From the IMG/VR virus record IMGVR_UViG_3300032213_003338, positions 58,609 through 122,608 of that record: a DNA stretch of 64,000 nt; one strand, 5' to 3'. The DNA comes from a virus. Below, piece by piece: positions 45,595-56,800 of the stretch (its first letter is position 1; each line of letters starts with the position of its first letter). A model generated the notes under the pieces. That model was not told where the DNA came from. It did not search any database and saw nothing but the letters and a program-made list of their open reading frames with translations. A program made the position numbers and the translations under genes.

Positions 45595-46238
45595 TATAGG
45601 TACTCGGTAGTAAAGTATATTCCAAACTGTGTGTGTGATCCTATGCCGGTTGGAGAAGCCGATATGCAAACATACCAGTCGTGCTGGGCTTGTGTTGTAT
45701 TTGATCCAGACACTCGTATTCCGCTTATTCCTGGGCTTGCAATTAGATTAACGAGCGGCGTTGATCCGCTGCATGCCGTCCACGATGAAGATCCTGAGCC
45801 TGCAACCGCTTGAGAAACCTCTGGGTGAACTATCTCGGCTACTTGGCATATTACACCAGATGGCCCATTATTAACATTTGATCTATCGTAAATCTGAACT
45901 TTCGCATTTTGTGTACGAACAGCAGAACCATGATCAAATCTAATGTTCAGTGTTGATTTGTAGTTTGGTATATTTACAAGTGGCAAAGAAGCATCTGTAG
46001 TGCCACCTCTGCTTATTAGAGCGCCTGTAGCATTTACATACTTTACATTATCTATTTCTGCACCAACTGCTGTTCCGTTGGCGTCACATACAAATGTTCT
46101 GTCTTGGTATTCATTTATTCTAACGCTAGCAAAAGCGCCGCCATTTCCAAAAAAACCTATTCCAGAGCCATTTAAATTTTGGCTTCCGCTGTTTATTGCG
46201 CCTACACCCTCATTTGCGTAAAAAGTAACTGTTGCCAT
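45594..46238 (-). CDS. Virion protein (tail-associated)
   Basis: EIVH...GSGSSSW...SPG.SG...HDWYVCIS; GTGTAT-N8-ATG. Confidence 0.7.
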   Translation of the reverse strand: MATVTFYANEGVGAINSGSQNLNGSGIGFFGNGGAFASVRINEYQDRTFVCDANGTAVGAEIDNVKYVNATGALISRGGTTDASLPLVNIPNYKSTLNIRFDHGSAVRTQNAKVQIYDRSNVNNGPSGVICQVAEIVHPEVSQAVAGSGSSSWTACSGSTPLVNLIASPGISGIRVSGSNTTQAQHDWYVCISASPTGIGSHTQFGIYFTTEYL

Positions 46239-46244
46239 ACTGTA

Positions 46245-47615
46245 TTATACACCAGGTCTTGGCACAGAAGCAGATCCGTATTCCATTGGACTTTGTGTGG
46301 TGTGTCCGTAGAATGGCCAAACTCCGCTTACACATCCGCCATCATGTGCGTTTTCAACCTGAAAGTAATAAACTGGGCCATAAGTGCTTGTGCCATTTGG
46401 TGATGGTAGCCTTCTAGCTTCTACGATAGTTCCACTACAGACTGGTTGAACTGCAAAACCCTTTGGGTATGCGGACTTTGTACCGGTTAATACTATTCCA
46501 GCAGGAACTCCATCCGGCCAAACGTTTGCTGCTGTTATTGTGTTTCCAGTAGCAGTAACAATTCCTGGGCATACTAAGCCTCTTCTTCCTGGGGGATTTC
46601 CAATCTCGATAAGATTTACACACTGGACTTTTCTGTATTGACTTGGTATGGTTTCGTCTTCAACAAAAGAACCAAAGGGGGTTGAGAATCTTCTATCTGA
46701 CGGAAGATCTCTACCACCGCTAAACTGAACTATAACTCCTTGATAAATCCATCTAGTCGGCATTCGCGCCTGATTGTAGTTTAGTTCTTGACCAAGCGGA
46801 GACGCATCACCCTCAGAAAGTGGTCCGGGATAAGTTCCATCGTACCCTAGTATTTTTATAAACACACTATTGTATCCAGCCTGTTCAAAAATATAAAGCG
46901 GCTGATAATCGTTAAGAGATGGATCAGTACCGTTATTTGATTTAAGAACATTGATAGATCTCATCTGCACAATTGTACCAGATGGTATTTTATGATGAAT
47001 TCTATCGTGTTGATTCGCAGAAGATTCAGCTAAATTTATTGCGTAGTTATTTATTTCATTTCCAGAGACATAAGACCTTGCTGGGTATGGAAAGTCAAGC
47101 GTGTCTACTGGCATATTTTTTGTTGTGGGGTCTGGACGATTGATTTCATGTATTTCTATTTCTCTCCAGCCATATCTGTTGCAAAAAATACTATTGCCTG
47201 TCGAAACAACTCCAGTTATCTCTGCTAGGAAAAAATGATTTGTTCTCCAAAGACCGTGTCTTGGGTCATATCTTACATCAAGCATTCCAGCCACGTGATG
47301 CGTTGGAAGAGACTCTCCACCGAGCGGAAACTTTGCACCTCCTGCGTTTTTTGTTATAAACTTTGTCTGACTGTAGTTTTTTGGGCTACTTTCAATACCA
47401 TTAAGTTCGGCTAGGTTTACAGCCCCAGGAACAGGCCTTCCAAAAATATCGTATCCCCATCCGGCAATAGCTACTGGTCCAGCAAGGCCTATAAATCTTG
47501 CTGTAAATGGGTTTATTGTTCCAGGCTCGCCACCTTGTGGAACTGGTCTGTTTCTTAAATTTGAAAGAGACGTATCTCCTGGTACTAGACCGTGTGTGTC
47601 CTTTGGTATTTCCAT
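46245..47615 (-). CDS. Putative tail tip/baseplate protein
   Basis: 456 aa, Gly/Pro-rich, in the tail operon. Confidence 0.55.
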   Translation of the reverse strand: MEIPKDTHGLVPGDTSLSNLRNRPVPQGGEPGTINPFTARFIGLAGPVAIAGWGYDIFGRPVPGAVNLAELNGIESSPKNYSQTKFITKNAGGAKFPLGGESLPTHHVAGMLDVRYDPRHGLWRTNHFFLAEITGVVSTGNSIFCNRYGWREIEIHEINRPDPTTKNMPVDTLDFPYPARSYVSGNEINNYAINLAESSANQHDRIHHKIPSGTIVQMRSINVLKSNNGTDPSLNDYQPLYIFEQAGYNSVFIKILGYDGTYPGPLSEGDASPLGQELNYNQARMPTRWIYQGVIVQFSGGRDLPSDRRFSTPFGSFVEDETIPSQYRKVQCVNLIEIGNPPGRRGLVCPGIVTATGNTITAANVWPDGVPAGIVLTGTKSAYPKGFAVQPVCSGTIVEARRLPSPNGTSTYGPVYYFQVENAHDGGCVSGVWPFYGHTTQSPMEYGSASVPRPGV

Positions 47616-47616
47616 T

Positions 47617-50600
47617 TTAAGTTTCCGGCAGTGCTACTTTCTGATCAAATTCCTTCAATTCAAACACTGGTATGTACTTGCTCTCTGTTTCTTTCGGCGC
47701 CGCTGTTGAAGTAAACGCTACGCTTCCACCAATTGGTATGCCATGTATACTAGGTATTATAGTTTCAGAAGCTCGTAGGGTTTCTGGATAAGCGCCGCCA
47801 ACAGGCGTAAAAATTTCACTCAATCCAGCGTATGCAGATGCGGTGTAAGTGCCGTAAACGTCAGCGTTTACCATCTCTTTTATTGCACCGCCCGAAATAA
47901 TCGAAACATTTGGTTTTTCGCTACCAGGAGACGTGCTACACATCAGGAAGCTGCTGTCAACAGACGTGTTTTTGTCTTGACCAGAGGTTATTACTGTAGC
48001 TGACGTGGATCGTGATCTGTCGATGTATATAAATTTTTTACCCGATTCCGGCTCATAGTCTTTTACTAGCGAGTCAAGTTTTATGAATTCCTTTTTCGCG
48101 TCAGCAAGCCTAAAAGTATTTGATCTTTCAGAGTCTATTTCTTGCTTCCTTCTAAATCCTGTTGGTCCAAAGAATGTTTTGAATCTGTATGTTGTAGTAA
48201 AGCCACTAGTTCCGTAAGAAAGTGAAATATCTGCAAGATTCGATATTACGGCACCTCCAGATGATATTTCGTATCCTATTGAGTATTCTGGAAGACCGGC
48301 GACTGTTATGGATGCGTATCCAACAGTTGAAACCTGACCAGAAGAATTATCCGCAAGTATATTTCCTGCAGTTACCATATTTCCAACATTTCCGTAATTC
48401 CAAGGTGTAAGACTAGTATCGTCTATTACCTGTGTCGGTCGTAGATTATAATTTATATTAGTACTGGTTCCAATAAATGGTCCGTACTTAAGGAATCTCC
48501 ATTTTAATGGAACGGCAACTTTGAATCCAGCGCCCATCGCTGGAGTGTATCTTCTTTCCGCTAATCCTATTTTTTCTTGCCAAATTTTTGAGGAGCTGTT
48601 TATCATCTCCATATATTTTTTTGCTGAAATTTGAAGTGATGCCGGTATTATATCGTCAGTAATTGCGACTATATTGTAATCACTATAAAGCCACGACAAA
48701 AATTCTCGTGTTCCTTCGCTTTTGTCTTTTTTTGTTGTTAAAAGGGCTGGAACGCTCTGGATAGAATCAACAGTTTTTGTAGTTCCAAGAATTCTCGGAT
48801 TTGATTCTATTGCAACCTGATCTGTAGAATACGAGTAATTTGTAAATGTAGCTACCCTAATATCATCAAATCCAACGTTAAATGGTTCGTTTATTGTTGC
48901 AACAAAATATCTAGGATCAAATTTATACTGTTCTATAGAAACGTCTGATCTAAGGAGATAGCAATTTGATGTTGTTGAAGGAATAGATGTGTTTGTCTTG
49001 CTCACTTTGAGGTAAGAGGCTGGATCAAAATTATCTAGCCTTGTACCTGGCCTGTTTGTGGAAAGTGTACCAAAATCTATTTCGCAATATGGTCTAAATA
49101 AACCCTGCTCATTTCTAAAAGCCCCAGAGTCTGTATTCAAATGCAAGTCATACAGATTATGAACAAGATTGTCGTTTTGTGGATCTCTCAAATCGGGAGC
49201 GGAATCACATATCTCATAAGTCATTGGTATTTTTTTACCGGAATATGAATACGATCCGCTATTGCCAGCAGAGTCTGCGCCAGATATGGAGCTAAATGAC
49301 GGATCGTCAAAAATAAATCCAACGAAAACTTTACCGTAATACTCTTGCGCAACGCGAAGAGTAGCTTGATAGCATGCTTCTTTTAAAGCCTCTGTTTGCG
49401 GTGTTGGGACATATCCACTTAGAAATGTTGTTGGTACGTCAGAAAAAGATGGGCTTTCTCTATTAAATGGTGGGGAGTATATGCCCATTTTCATCGGTAT
49501 ACCATTTAGTGCACCAAAGCTTATAGTCTGCGTTGATCCTGTGTGAGATCCAGCTATAAATTTATTTTGATGAAAACCACTGTAAGTTGTATAAGTTATT
49601 CCGTTCGTGTAAAGATTTTTGAAAGCATACCAAATTGCAGTAGCCCAAGCTTCTTTGCTGTGGAGTGCGGCTCTAAGTATTCTTTCTGTTGCAATGTATC
49701 CCTGTTTTGTAAGCTGTGATTTATTTTTATTTGTGGTTGGGTTTCCAACAGAAGACGATGAAACAGCACCTGCTGATTTAGTAGATCTTATACCACCAAG
49801 CGTAACGGTTGGTAAATTTGATATCAGTGCTGAGTTGTCGGAATGTATTGACGACAGATCAATGAATGGCTGATCGCAGATATAGCCATCACCGTCTATG
49901 TGGTAGACCTGGGTTAGATTTGTATTTATATAAAGTGTTCTTTTATTGTCACCAATAAATATTGCTTTGGTAGGATCGGTTCTTAGCTCTCTACCAATTT
50001 CATACGATGAAAGCTTGCTAGAAAGAGAGCTTATAAAAGTGTTTATTGAATCATTTGTGAGAGCGTACTGATTTACTCTACTAATGCCACGAATCGATAT
50101 AGTTTTTGTGTTGTCGCTTTCTAATGATTCGCACACCGCGTACCAATCAATATTATTGTCTTTTGCGACTCTATTGATGAAGTCTTCAATACTAGCGTTT
50201 TGTATTTGAACTCTATAGTTAAGTGGTATGCGTAATGTAAAAGTTCCATCAAATGAAACTTTATATTGCTTTCCGTAAAAATTGTACGTTGGCTGCTGTA
50301 ATCTAGTATCGAGAATACCGCGCCAAATCATTCCATCAACCGTCCAGTTTGCAGAAATTGCATTGGTAAAAGTGTTTAATGGAGTGACAACATTATATCC
50401 GTCCCACTGAGTGGCGCCACCATTAAAGGACGGACAGTGATCTGTGATAACTGGTATATCTTTAAGTATTGCCCTTGGGTCAGTAAGCTGAACATTAATA
50501 AGCCTTCCAGAAGACGAATGCGTTCGGCGCCAGCTAGTAACGACACCTCCAAACTTAAAATTTCCATTTTGGAAAAGGTGATAACTTCCTGGGTTTCCAG

Positions 50601-50817
50601 ATAAAAATTCTGAACCTCCTTTTATAGAGGCTATTAGCGCTTGCTCATTTGTTGCGTAGTCAAGTGTTCCGTGTCCCGTAAAATTTTCTCCATTATCTTC
50701 AACTAGCTGAACATCTAGGGTTGATGGAGAGCCGTTAAAGCCTAAATTGCAACTAAAGCTAACAACAGAACAGCCAAGAAACTTTATTGGAGATCCTATT
50801 ATTGAATCTGCTGGCAT
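47617..50817 (-). CDS. Putative tail hub/central tail tip protein
   Basis: 1066 aa; N-terminal FLGCSVVSF...STLDVQLVED...FGGVV...V.LTDPR and C-terminal ISLSYG..GFTTTY resemble hub proteins. Confidence 0.6.
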   Translation of the reverse strand: MPADSIIGSPIKFLGCSVVSFSCNLGFNGSPSTLDVQLVEDNGENFTGHGTLDYATNEQALIASIKGGSEFLSGNPGSYHLFQNGNFKFGGVVTSWRRTHSSSGRLINVQLTDPRAILKDIPVITDHCPSFNGGATQWDGYNVVTPLNTFTNAISANWTVDGMIWRGILDTRLQQPTYNFYGKQYKVSFDGTFTLRIPLNYRVQIQNASIEDFINRVAKDNNIDWYAVCESLESDNTKTISIRGISRVNQYALTNDSINTFISSLSSKLSSYEIGRELRTDPTKAIFIGDNKRTLYINTNLTQVYHIDGDGYICDQPFIDLSSIHSDNSALISNLPTVTLGGIRSTKSAGAVSSSSVGNPTTNKNKSQLTKQGYIATERILRAALHSKEAWATAIWYAFKNLYTNGITYTTYSGFHQNKFIAGSHTGSTQTISFGALNGIPMKMGIYSPPFNRESPSFSDVPTTFLSGYVPTPQTEALKEACYQATLRVAQEYYGKVFVGFIFDDPSFSSISGADSAGNSGSYSYSGKKIPMTYEICDSAPDLRDPQNDNLVHNLYDLHLNTDSGAFRNEQGLFRPYCEIDFGTLSTNRPGTRLDNFDPASYLKVSKTNTSIPSTTSNCYLLRSDVSIEQYKFDPRYFVATINEPFNVGFDDIRVATFTNYSYSTDQVAIESNPRILGTTKTVDSIQSVPALLTTKKDKSEGTREFLSWLYSDYNIVAITDDIIPASLQISAKKYMEMINSSSKIWQEKIGLAERRYTPAMGAGFKVAVPLKWRFLKYGPFIGTSTNINYNLRPTQVIDDTSLTPWNYGNVGNMVTAGNILADNSSGQVSTVGYASITVAGLPEYSIGYEISSGGAVISNLADISLSYGTSGFTTTYRFKTFFGPTGFRRKQEIDSERSNTFRLADAKKEFIKLDSLVKDYEPESGKKFIYIDRSRSTSATVITSGQDKNTSVDSSFLMCSTSPGSEKPNVSIISGGAIKEMVNADVYGTYTASAYAGLSEIFTPVGGAYPETLRASETIIPSIHGIPIGGSVAFTSTAAPKETESKYIPVFELKEFDQKVALPET

Positions 50818-52400
50818 TATAAAGTACCGCCTTCTCCTGGGGTCAATATAGTTGCATTAAAAGAATAGTTTCCTTTAAATATATCAAGAGACTCACTAAA
50901 AGAAGTAACCCAAAAGCTTGATCCTTGGGTTCCAGTCGGATAGACATCTATTGCGCTTAAAACTGTTTTTGCATTACTTCTATAGGTATCGATGGTTTCA
51001 AAGTCAGCTTTAAGGCCAGTTCCTATGACAAAATTTGCTGAAATATTTCTCTTTGTTGTGTTCGTTGTTCTTATATCCTGAATAACTGGACCTGTTGTCC
51101 TTCCTGGTACTGGAATTTCTGCAACAAAATTTTCCTTTGTATTTTGGCTTACATTAACATCAAAATCTATAAAATTTGTGGATGTTAAGTCAATAGGCTT
51201 TTCTTTAAATTCTGCTTCATAATTTACAGTTGCAGAACGTCTATTTTCAGAAATAGTCATTCCATATGGGCCGTAAATATATGAAGATCCTGTTATGTAC
51301 GGGTTTGTTAAAGATCCAGTTTCTGTTATTCTTGTTTTTAGTATTCCAAAATTATTTGCAGCTATTATATTTGTAAAGTAATCTTTTGCTTTTTTGTGTC
51401 CAGTTGGTCCTGGAGCAAAACCTTTTATTGCGCCAGAAACTCTAAAAGATTTATCGTAACCATGGGTGTTGCTTATTGCGTTGGGGCCGCTGGCTCTAGA
51501 AGTCATTGATATGTTAAAATCATCTTGAACTCCACTTGTGGTTGTTTTGATAAACTTCCATGTCTGTTGTACAGAATAAGATCCGCCGTATTGGTCTGAC
51601 TGTTCAGACGTTTGATGTCCAACGTATTCGTATCCTGACTTTGGAGCATATAAACTGTAAATAGTTATTGGATTAACTAATCCAGTTTCTGCCACCTTTT
51701 TTTCAACCCAGTTTCTTGCCTTTATGTATGGATTATAATTTCCAGTTGCTGCATATTCTGTGGCAAACGCTTTATAGCTTTGTGCTGAGACCGTTCTTGT
51801 AACCGAGTAAGAATTTTCAAAATCATTATCGGAAGATACAGTTACAGAGTCGGATGCCGATTTTAAATTAAATCCAGAAAATTCTGACTGTGAAAAAGTT
51901 GGATTTACTGGCGTGTATCCGTCAATAAGTATTTCATTTGTAAGTATTGTTATTGTGTAATCTGTTTTTACAACGTGAATAGCGTCTGCAAATGAAATGT
52001 TAGAAATTTGCGGCTTACATTTAAGCACGCTTGTTGTTCCGTCATCTGTCTTTATCTCTAACAAATACTCTGTTGCTACTTTAGTTGTCGCAGATCCAGT
52101 ATTTGGTTCGCCTGGATTAATTGTAAAAAGATCACGAAGCGCTCTTTGCTTTTTAAGAAGAGAGCCAAATTTTTTGTCATCAGTATTAATAGCTGGATCT
52201 ACGGCCTCAGCAGTTGCCAAACTTGTAAAAAATTGACCCGTGGGGCCTGGTGATCCACGATCAGGAAGCAGCGTTCCATTTAACGTGAGTTCAAACTGAG
52301 AAGATAGAACTGTACCATCAGTGGTTCTGACGTAATTCTCAGATAGACTGTAAAGCGGTGCTGGGCTAATATATTTGCCGTTATATAATACTATTGCCAT
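50817..52400 (-). CDS. Putative distal tail protein
   Basis: 527 aa, beta-rich, downstream of the tape measure gene. Confidence 0.55.
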   Translation of the reverse strand: MAIVLYNGKYISPAPLYSLSENYVRTTDGTVLSSQFELTLNGTLLPDRGSPGPTGQFFTSLATAEAVDPAINTDDKKFGSLLKKQRALRDLFTINPGEPNTGSATTKVATEYLLEIKTDDGTTSVLKCKPQISNISFADAIHVVKTDYTITILTNEILIDGYTPVNPTFSQSEFSGFNLKSASDSVTVSSDNDFENSYSVTRTVSAQSYKAFATEYAATGNYNPYIKARNWVEKKVAETGLVNPITIYSLYAPKSGYEYVGHQTSEQSDQYGGSYSVQQTWKFIKTTTSGVQDDFNISMTSRASGPNAISNTHGYDKSFRVSGAIKGFAPGPTGHKKAKDYFTNIIAANNFGILKTRITETGSLTNPYITGSSYIYGPYGMTISENRRSATVNYEAEFKEKPIDLTSTNFIDFDVNVSQNTKENFVAEIPVPGRTTGPVIQDIRTTNTTKRNISANFVIGTGLKADFETIDTYRSNAKTVLSAIDVYPTGTQGSSFWVTSFSESLDIFKGNYSFNATILTPGEGGTL

Positions 52401-52411
52401 GTTTCCTCAAA

Positions 52412-53251
52412 TCAATATGTGCCGCCATCAATTATAGAATCAAGTGGTCCAGCACTTGAAGATGCAATTGAAGAAGCTATCCTATTTCCGTACCAAGTAA
52501 CGCCATAATCAAAACTATAAAACTCAAATCCGTCAATTTGTGTTCCAGTCGCAGTAACTGGAGAATTTAATCTTGGCTTAGAGTAACCGCTAGCCCATTG
52601 CTCGCGTGGCCAAATAATAGACGCATTAAAATCAACCTCTCTGTTACCAGCAGTATCCTGAACGGTAAATAAAGTTACCCTATAATCGCGCATGTACGTT
52701 GATGGAAGACCCGTCGTTCCGCTTGCGTCTTGATCTTGAAAAGGTGATTTTGCAATTGATATTTGAGTTAGCGGCTGATTAAGAGTGACTTTTTGCGTAG
52801 TTCCGCTAGCTGGATAAACCACAAATACTCCAGTTGATGTTGATCCAGTTGCGCTTACCTGATAACCACCAAATGAAAAACTTTCGATGGCCATATTTCT
52901 AATTGTTCCGTTTTGTAACAATCCAGAACCGGCCATGCTAATAATACCGCCATTAAATGTTATGTCTCTGTTAGAACCAGCAACTATTGCCTTATTTGAC
53001 TCAACATCCCCATCAGAGCCAGCCCTGTCAATTTTATTAATTTCTAAAGCTGTCGCTGTGAGCCTGGTTCCGCTTATTAGTAATACGCCATTTATGTCAA
53101 CTCCAGTTGTGCATATTCTAAGGGCAGAGTCAGTTCCATTTCCACCAGCAACCGCCAGAAGAGTTGTGGGCATGCCGTTGTTCGAATTAGATATTTGTAA
53201 AATATCTTTATATGTCTGGCTTGGCGTTTGTCCTAAAAATGAAGTTCCCAT
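52412..53251 (-). CDS. Tail fiber-like virion protein
   Basis: LTATALEINKID; C-terminal QDTAGNREV.F...WP...D.FEF.S.D.G.TWYG; GTGTAT-N8-ATG. Confidence 0.65.
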   Translation of the reverse strand: MGTSFLGQTPSQTYKDILQISNSNNGMPTTLLAVAGGNGTDSALRICTTGVDINGVLLISGTRLTATALEINKIDRAGSDGDVESNKAIVAGSNRDITFNGGIISMAGSGLLQNGTIRNMAIESFSFGGYQVSATGSTSTGVFVVYPASGTTQKVTLNQPLTQISIAKSPFQDQDASGTTGLPSTYMRDYRVTLFTVQDTAGNREVDFNASIIWPREQWASGYSKPRLNSPVTATGTQIDGFEFYSFDYGVTWYGNRIASSIASSSAGPLDSIIDGGTY

Positions 53252-53266
53252 ATTGTTTTATACACC

Positions 53267-53869
53267 TCATTCTATACCGGAAATATAAAGTTCAACCTCA
53301 AGGGTTGAAACATCAAAAGCCCCTATAAACGCAGTTGTGGTTCCTGTGGACTCTGGATAGGCGCCAGATATTGCTATTGTTGTGGTTCCGGTTTCTGATC
53401 CAATTCCTTTAATGAATATTGTACCTGTTGAGCTTTCAAAAGCTTGTGCGTACACAAATGCGGTTGTTGAGCCATTGATAATTCCGTCGCCACTTGCGTA
53501 CAGGAAAAAAGGCATTTGAGCATTATAATTTCCTGTATTAGACCCAGACATAAAAACAGATGTGTACTTTGTTATATACGCACCCTGAGTGCAGCTTGAT
53601 GGTATCACTTGCCACTGCTCAAGAACACTGCTGTTATAACTCTCCCATCTTTGGTTTAAGCCAACGTCCCAAAGCCCACACTGATCCATTGCGGAAAGCA
53701 CAAGAGATACAGTTCCGGTAGCTGGAGTCTCTACCGTGCCTATGTACATAGGCATAGCGCCTATCGTTAAACCTGGGGCGCCAGTCGCAAATATTGTTGC
53801 AGTACCACTTGAGACACCGTAAGCGCCATAAGTCAAAATATTGCTAATTATTTGGTACTGTGAGGCCAT
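53267..53869 (-). CDS. Virion protein with [ST]G beta repeats
   Basis: Repeats of about 12 aa, xTGTxxxFIxG. Confidence 0.6.
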   Translation of the reverse strand: MASQYQIISNILTYGAYGVSSGTATIFATGAPGLTIGAMPMYIGTVETPATGTVSLVLSAMDQCGLWDVGLNQRWESYNSSVLEQWQVIPSSCTQGAYITKYTSVFMSGSNTGNYNAQMPFFLYASGDGIINGSTTAFVYAQAFESSTGTIFIKGIGSETGTTTIAISGAYPESTGTTTAFIGAFDVSTLEVELYISGIE

Positions 53870-53870
53870 T

Positions 53871-56800
53871 TTATGGTGTTGGTGGTGCTACTGGAAATGT
53901 GAATGATGATATGCTAAAACCAGCAGTGTTTAGTGCGTTTCTTATATATTCGACAACCTGTGCAGATACGGTATTTTTTATATTTTGTATGTCCTGCTCT
54001 GCTGATGCAAGATTGAATTTTAGGTTTATGTCTTGAAGACCCTCTATTTTGAAAGTAATTGTGTCTGGAACGCCTTCGAGTGCTTTTGCCAAAGTGTCTG
54101 CTGTTTTTTGAACAAGAGATGTCTGCTCTTTTATTACTGCTATTGATTCTTTTTGTAAATCTATTTGTGATTGACCAATATTCGTTAATTCATTTTTAAG
54201 CTTATTTATCTCATTAAAACTGTTAGCTATTCCAGCATTAAAACCAGTCAAGCTAGGAACAATGTTTTGCCCTAGATTTATAAGATCACTTAGCTGGGTT
54301 CCCGTAAAACCAAACCCTTGAAGTGTGGCGCCACCAGCGCTTTGAGCTAGACCTGTTGTGCCAAGGAAGTCTCCGGCTGCACCAATTCTTCTTGCAAAAT
54401 CTTCTGCTATAGCCTGTAAGGCCGGGCTGTTTACTATTTTTTCTGGGGTCAGATCCTCTGGTCTGAAACCGGCGGATTGAAGTTCAGAAGCAAGTCTTCG
54501 CAGATTGTCTCTGTTTTTCTCTATTTCTTGACGCGCCAGGGCCTGCTCGTCTGGAGTTCCACCAAATGCTTTACTAACAATGTCTTTTGTAAAACCAAGA
54601 CTGGCTTGCAGCTGCCCCTGTATAATTTGAATCTGCTCAAGAACACCCTGTCTTGACGCGTCTAGGTAATTTCCAAACTCATCAAAAAGTCTTGGTATAA
54701 GTGATCTTGTTTCATTGAACGCTCTAGTGACATCTGCTATGAGTTTATTTGGGTCTGTTTCGGCTAGATTTACTTGCCCAACGGCTAGCTGTCTTGACTG
54801 TATTATGTTATTTATAGAAGCACCAAAGGCTGCTGGCGAAGCTTTTTGACCTACTATAGCGCCTGGAGCAAAAAGGCCCTTTGATATGTTGTTGGAAAAA
54901 ATAGCAAAGTTCTTTTGAACATCTGCTAACGCCTGACCAAGTCCAGCAAATCCACCGCCCCCACCAGTTAATAGGCCAGTTGCAACACCTGGAAGCTGAG
55001 GCTTTATTGCGCCAACGCCACTCCTAAATTGAGCGTCGCTTATATTTCCACTAGCGCGATCTATTTCTAGAAGCTGTCTTTTAAGGGAGTCTTGTATACT
55101 TACTATTTGTTTTTGAACGTCAAGTTGCTGGAATCTTTTCTGTGTCGCTAAATCAGACAGGGCTACGGCGTCTTTTAAATACTCGTTTTGCTCCTTAATA
55201 AGTTCATTAATTGAGGCTATTCTTGCTTCTCTTAGCTTGTCTATTCCTAAAAGCGCCTCTCCTACGTTCACCTCTCCAGATTTAGCTAGCTGTTCAAATC
55301 TCTTTTGAAGCTCTGACTCTCTACCCCTCAAGTCTCTCTCGTTGTTGTCCTCACCAGCTGCTGCTTGTGCCGCCTGTCTTGCTACGAAAAGGGGTGGTGC
55401 GCCAGAAAAAGACCCTGATCTAAATTGTTCAGCGAGCGCGTTTATTTGATTTATTCTGTTTCGAAGATTAGGCGTTACTAATGGTTCTGCGCCAAACTGA
55501 TTAAACAGCTGTGCATCAGATGTAAACTGTGAAAGCTCTGTTGTTCTAGGGGTAAATGCCCCTGTTCCAAATATAGATGAAAGAGCGTCAGAACCTAAGA
55601 CGTTTCTATTTCTAATATTTTGTCTTAGCTGCGCGTTTTGGTTGACTCTTCCAAGCGACGCAAATATTCTTGCAGAGGAAAGCTCAAGAGTTTGCGCGTA
55701 ATCATTTAAAACCTCATCAAGGTTTAGTGAGGCTCTTCCAATTTTACCGAATTGCTTAACAAGGGAGTTAAATACTTTTTCAATTTCTTTTCCTTGTACT
55801 ACAACGCCTTCTGACGGCCTAGACAGAAGTGTTTGCAGTTCTTTTTTAACAAACGCATCAGCCTTGGCACCAGTAAGACCAAGATTTTGTGCTCTAACAA
55901 AGGCATTTTTTAAAGACTGCCTAAGAATTTCTACTGCTTGAGTTCCGCCACCTTCTGGGCTAGTCAAGTCCTTAATGGTGTCTGCTATTTGTGCAGCAGT
56001 AAGATTTGGATCAGATTTTTTGACAAGATTTTCTAAAGACCCTTGTACATTACCTTCCCTATTTATAATCAGAGAAACTAAAGCGTCTATTCTCTGTGGT
56101 AGGGCATTTTGATCAAGGAAGAATCTTTCTATATTTGGCCCAAGTGTCGGGACGCCACCTGGTGCTATTCTTCCGCTTGATACAAATTCTGCGGTTATGT
56201 TTTGTCTAGCAGACAGCTGTTCTTGTTGTCTTTGCTGTTCTGCTATTCTTATCTCTTCTCTTCTTTGATTTATAACTTTAAAAGTCTCTAGACCAGCGCC
56301 AGCAATAGCACCAGCGGCTGTACCGCGAATCCCAAAGCCTAAAAGTCTTGCAAATCCAGCGCCGCCAAGGCCACCACCTAAAACATTTATTGCAGATGAA
56401 GCGGCCCCTGCGGCATTTCTTTCTCTTTCATTTGTGCCGAGCGTAGAAACAAAATCAGACAATATTGAAGTTAGGCCAGAGGCTAAGAAAAGACCAGTTC
56501 CCTGCCCAAGAGGAGAAAATATAGCATTCTTAAAAAACCCACCACCTCTACCGCCACCAGAACCGCCACCACCACCACCACCGCCAGGACCTCCTGGTAT
56601 AGAAGTGCCTCTACCACTAAGGGCCGTGATGTTATTATTTAAGATTGATATTGTTCTATTGACTGAATCTAGCCCTGTTGTTAATCGCTGGCTGCTTGTA
56701 ATCAAGGAGCGATAAGTAACAATAGAAGACTTTATAATATTTACAAGCGCATAAATTGCTACCGAGAAACCGGCGGGTGCGGCTATTGGCGCTATAGCAC

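Noticed and set aside
56537-56596. CCA/CCG-rich simple repeat
   Set aside because: It encodes the poly-Gly linker of the tape measure protein.
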